This document shows positions 63,275-64,000 of a stretch of DNA of 64,000 bases, in pieces. The stretch is from Octopus sinensis (taxonomy: Eukaryota). The translations under genes and the position numbers were made by a program. Each line of letters begins with the position of its first letter. Position 1 is the stretch's first letter. The stretch lies in contig NC_043006.1 of NCBI RefSeq assembly GCF_006345805.1, positions 77,562,001 through 77,626,000 of the forward strand. Reading direction: 5' to 3'. The notes under the pieces are model-generated. The model was not told the origin of the DNA, made no database searches, and saw only the letters and a program-made list of their open reading frames with translations.

Positions 63275-63632
63275 TATATAAATATATCTATAGCTAGTCA
63301 GCTATAGATATATATATTATATATATATATATATATAAAGAGAGAGAGAGAAAGAGAGATAGAGATAGGTAGATACATACATATATAAATACATACATAC
63401 ATACACACATACATACATACATACATCCACAGAGATTATATGCATGTGTCAATGTGCTTGTGTGAATATATGTATATGTACGTTTTCGGTTGCATATTGT
63501 TTGCGCTTTTGCACACTCTTGTAGAGAAAGATAGATAATTTTCGCATTTTTACGTCATACATTTCTGTAGTTCAGACTGAGATATGTGATTCAAGATTGT
63601 CCATCCATCTACATTCTATATTTCTCACTATA

Positions 63633-63836
63633 CAAAGAGCCTGAAAAGTTCCTGTTTTTAAGAGTATCACGAGAAGCCTGGTTGAAGTTCTACCAAAGGT
63701 CTTACAATGCTTAGAAAAACTGAAGGACCGCTGCAATGAATGTGTGAATCTGAGAGAACATGTTCAGTAAAATCATCATTAACTGGTCTACTTGTAGTTT
63801 CTCTTACCAAGCTAAGAACTTTTTAACACCCCTTCG
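63633..63836. mobile_element. mariner-type MITE
   Basis: TA-CAAAGAGCCTGAAAAGTTCCT versus TA-CGAAGGGGTGTTAAAAAGTTCTT on the opposite strand; TA flanks. Confidence 0.65.
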
Positions 63837-63921
63837 TATTTGCCCTCAGTAGTGTGACCAACTATCTGCGATACTGAAAACGAAGTAGTATATTATTACG
63901 AAGTAATTTCACTTCATGTTT

Positions 63922-64000
63922 TTCTTTATCTCTTTTACTCTTTTACTTGTTTCAGTCATTTCACTGTGGCCATGCTAGAGCACCGCCTTTGGTCGAGCAA
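63922..64000 (-). mobile_element. SINE 3' tail, runs off the window
   Basis: CTTTTACTTGTTTCAGTCATTT..GGCCATGCTAGAGCACCGCCTTT. Confidence 0.85.

Overview
Eukaryotic, strongly AT-rich, microsatellite-saturated non-coding DNA. The SINE families resemble, from memory, those of Octopus, so a cephalopod genome is my inference. I can support no intact host gene, rRNA/tRNA gene or CRISPR array, and most ORF-track entries are translated microsatellites. The window is a transposon graveyard: two complete Tc1-type elements, several mariner remnants (two are fold-backs), a Merlin/ISXO2 transposase, a Helitron remnant, two R4/Dong-like 3' ends, a LINE 5' end, a Ty3/gypsy 5' end, many tRNA-derived SINEs, and Penelope-like (PLE) retroelements including a 467-aa RT + GIY-YIG ORF. 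The main signal that the ORF track misses is about a dozen minimal type-I hammerhead ribozyme motifs in PLE-type terminal repeats. Each has a palindromic helix III and a family-specific helix I. Four families replace the canonical CUGANGA core with UUGANAA, a compensatory U3-A8 swap of the C3-G8 tertiary pair, always with an ACCGGT helix III. Several copies sit head-to-head in fold-back palindromes next to (TA)n. One such ribozyme lies about 80 nt downstream of the stop of the RT-EN ORF. All folds were done by eye and none has been tested for activity.
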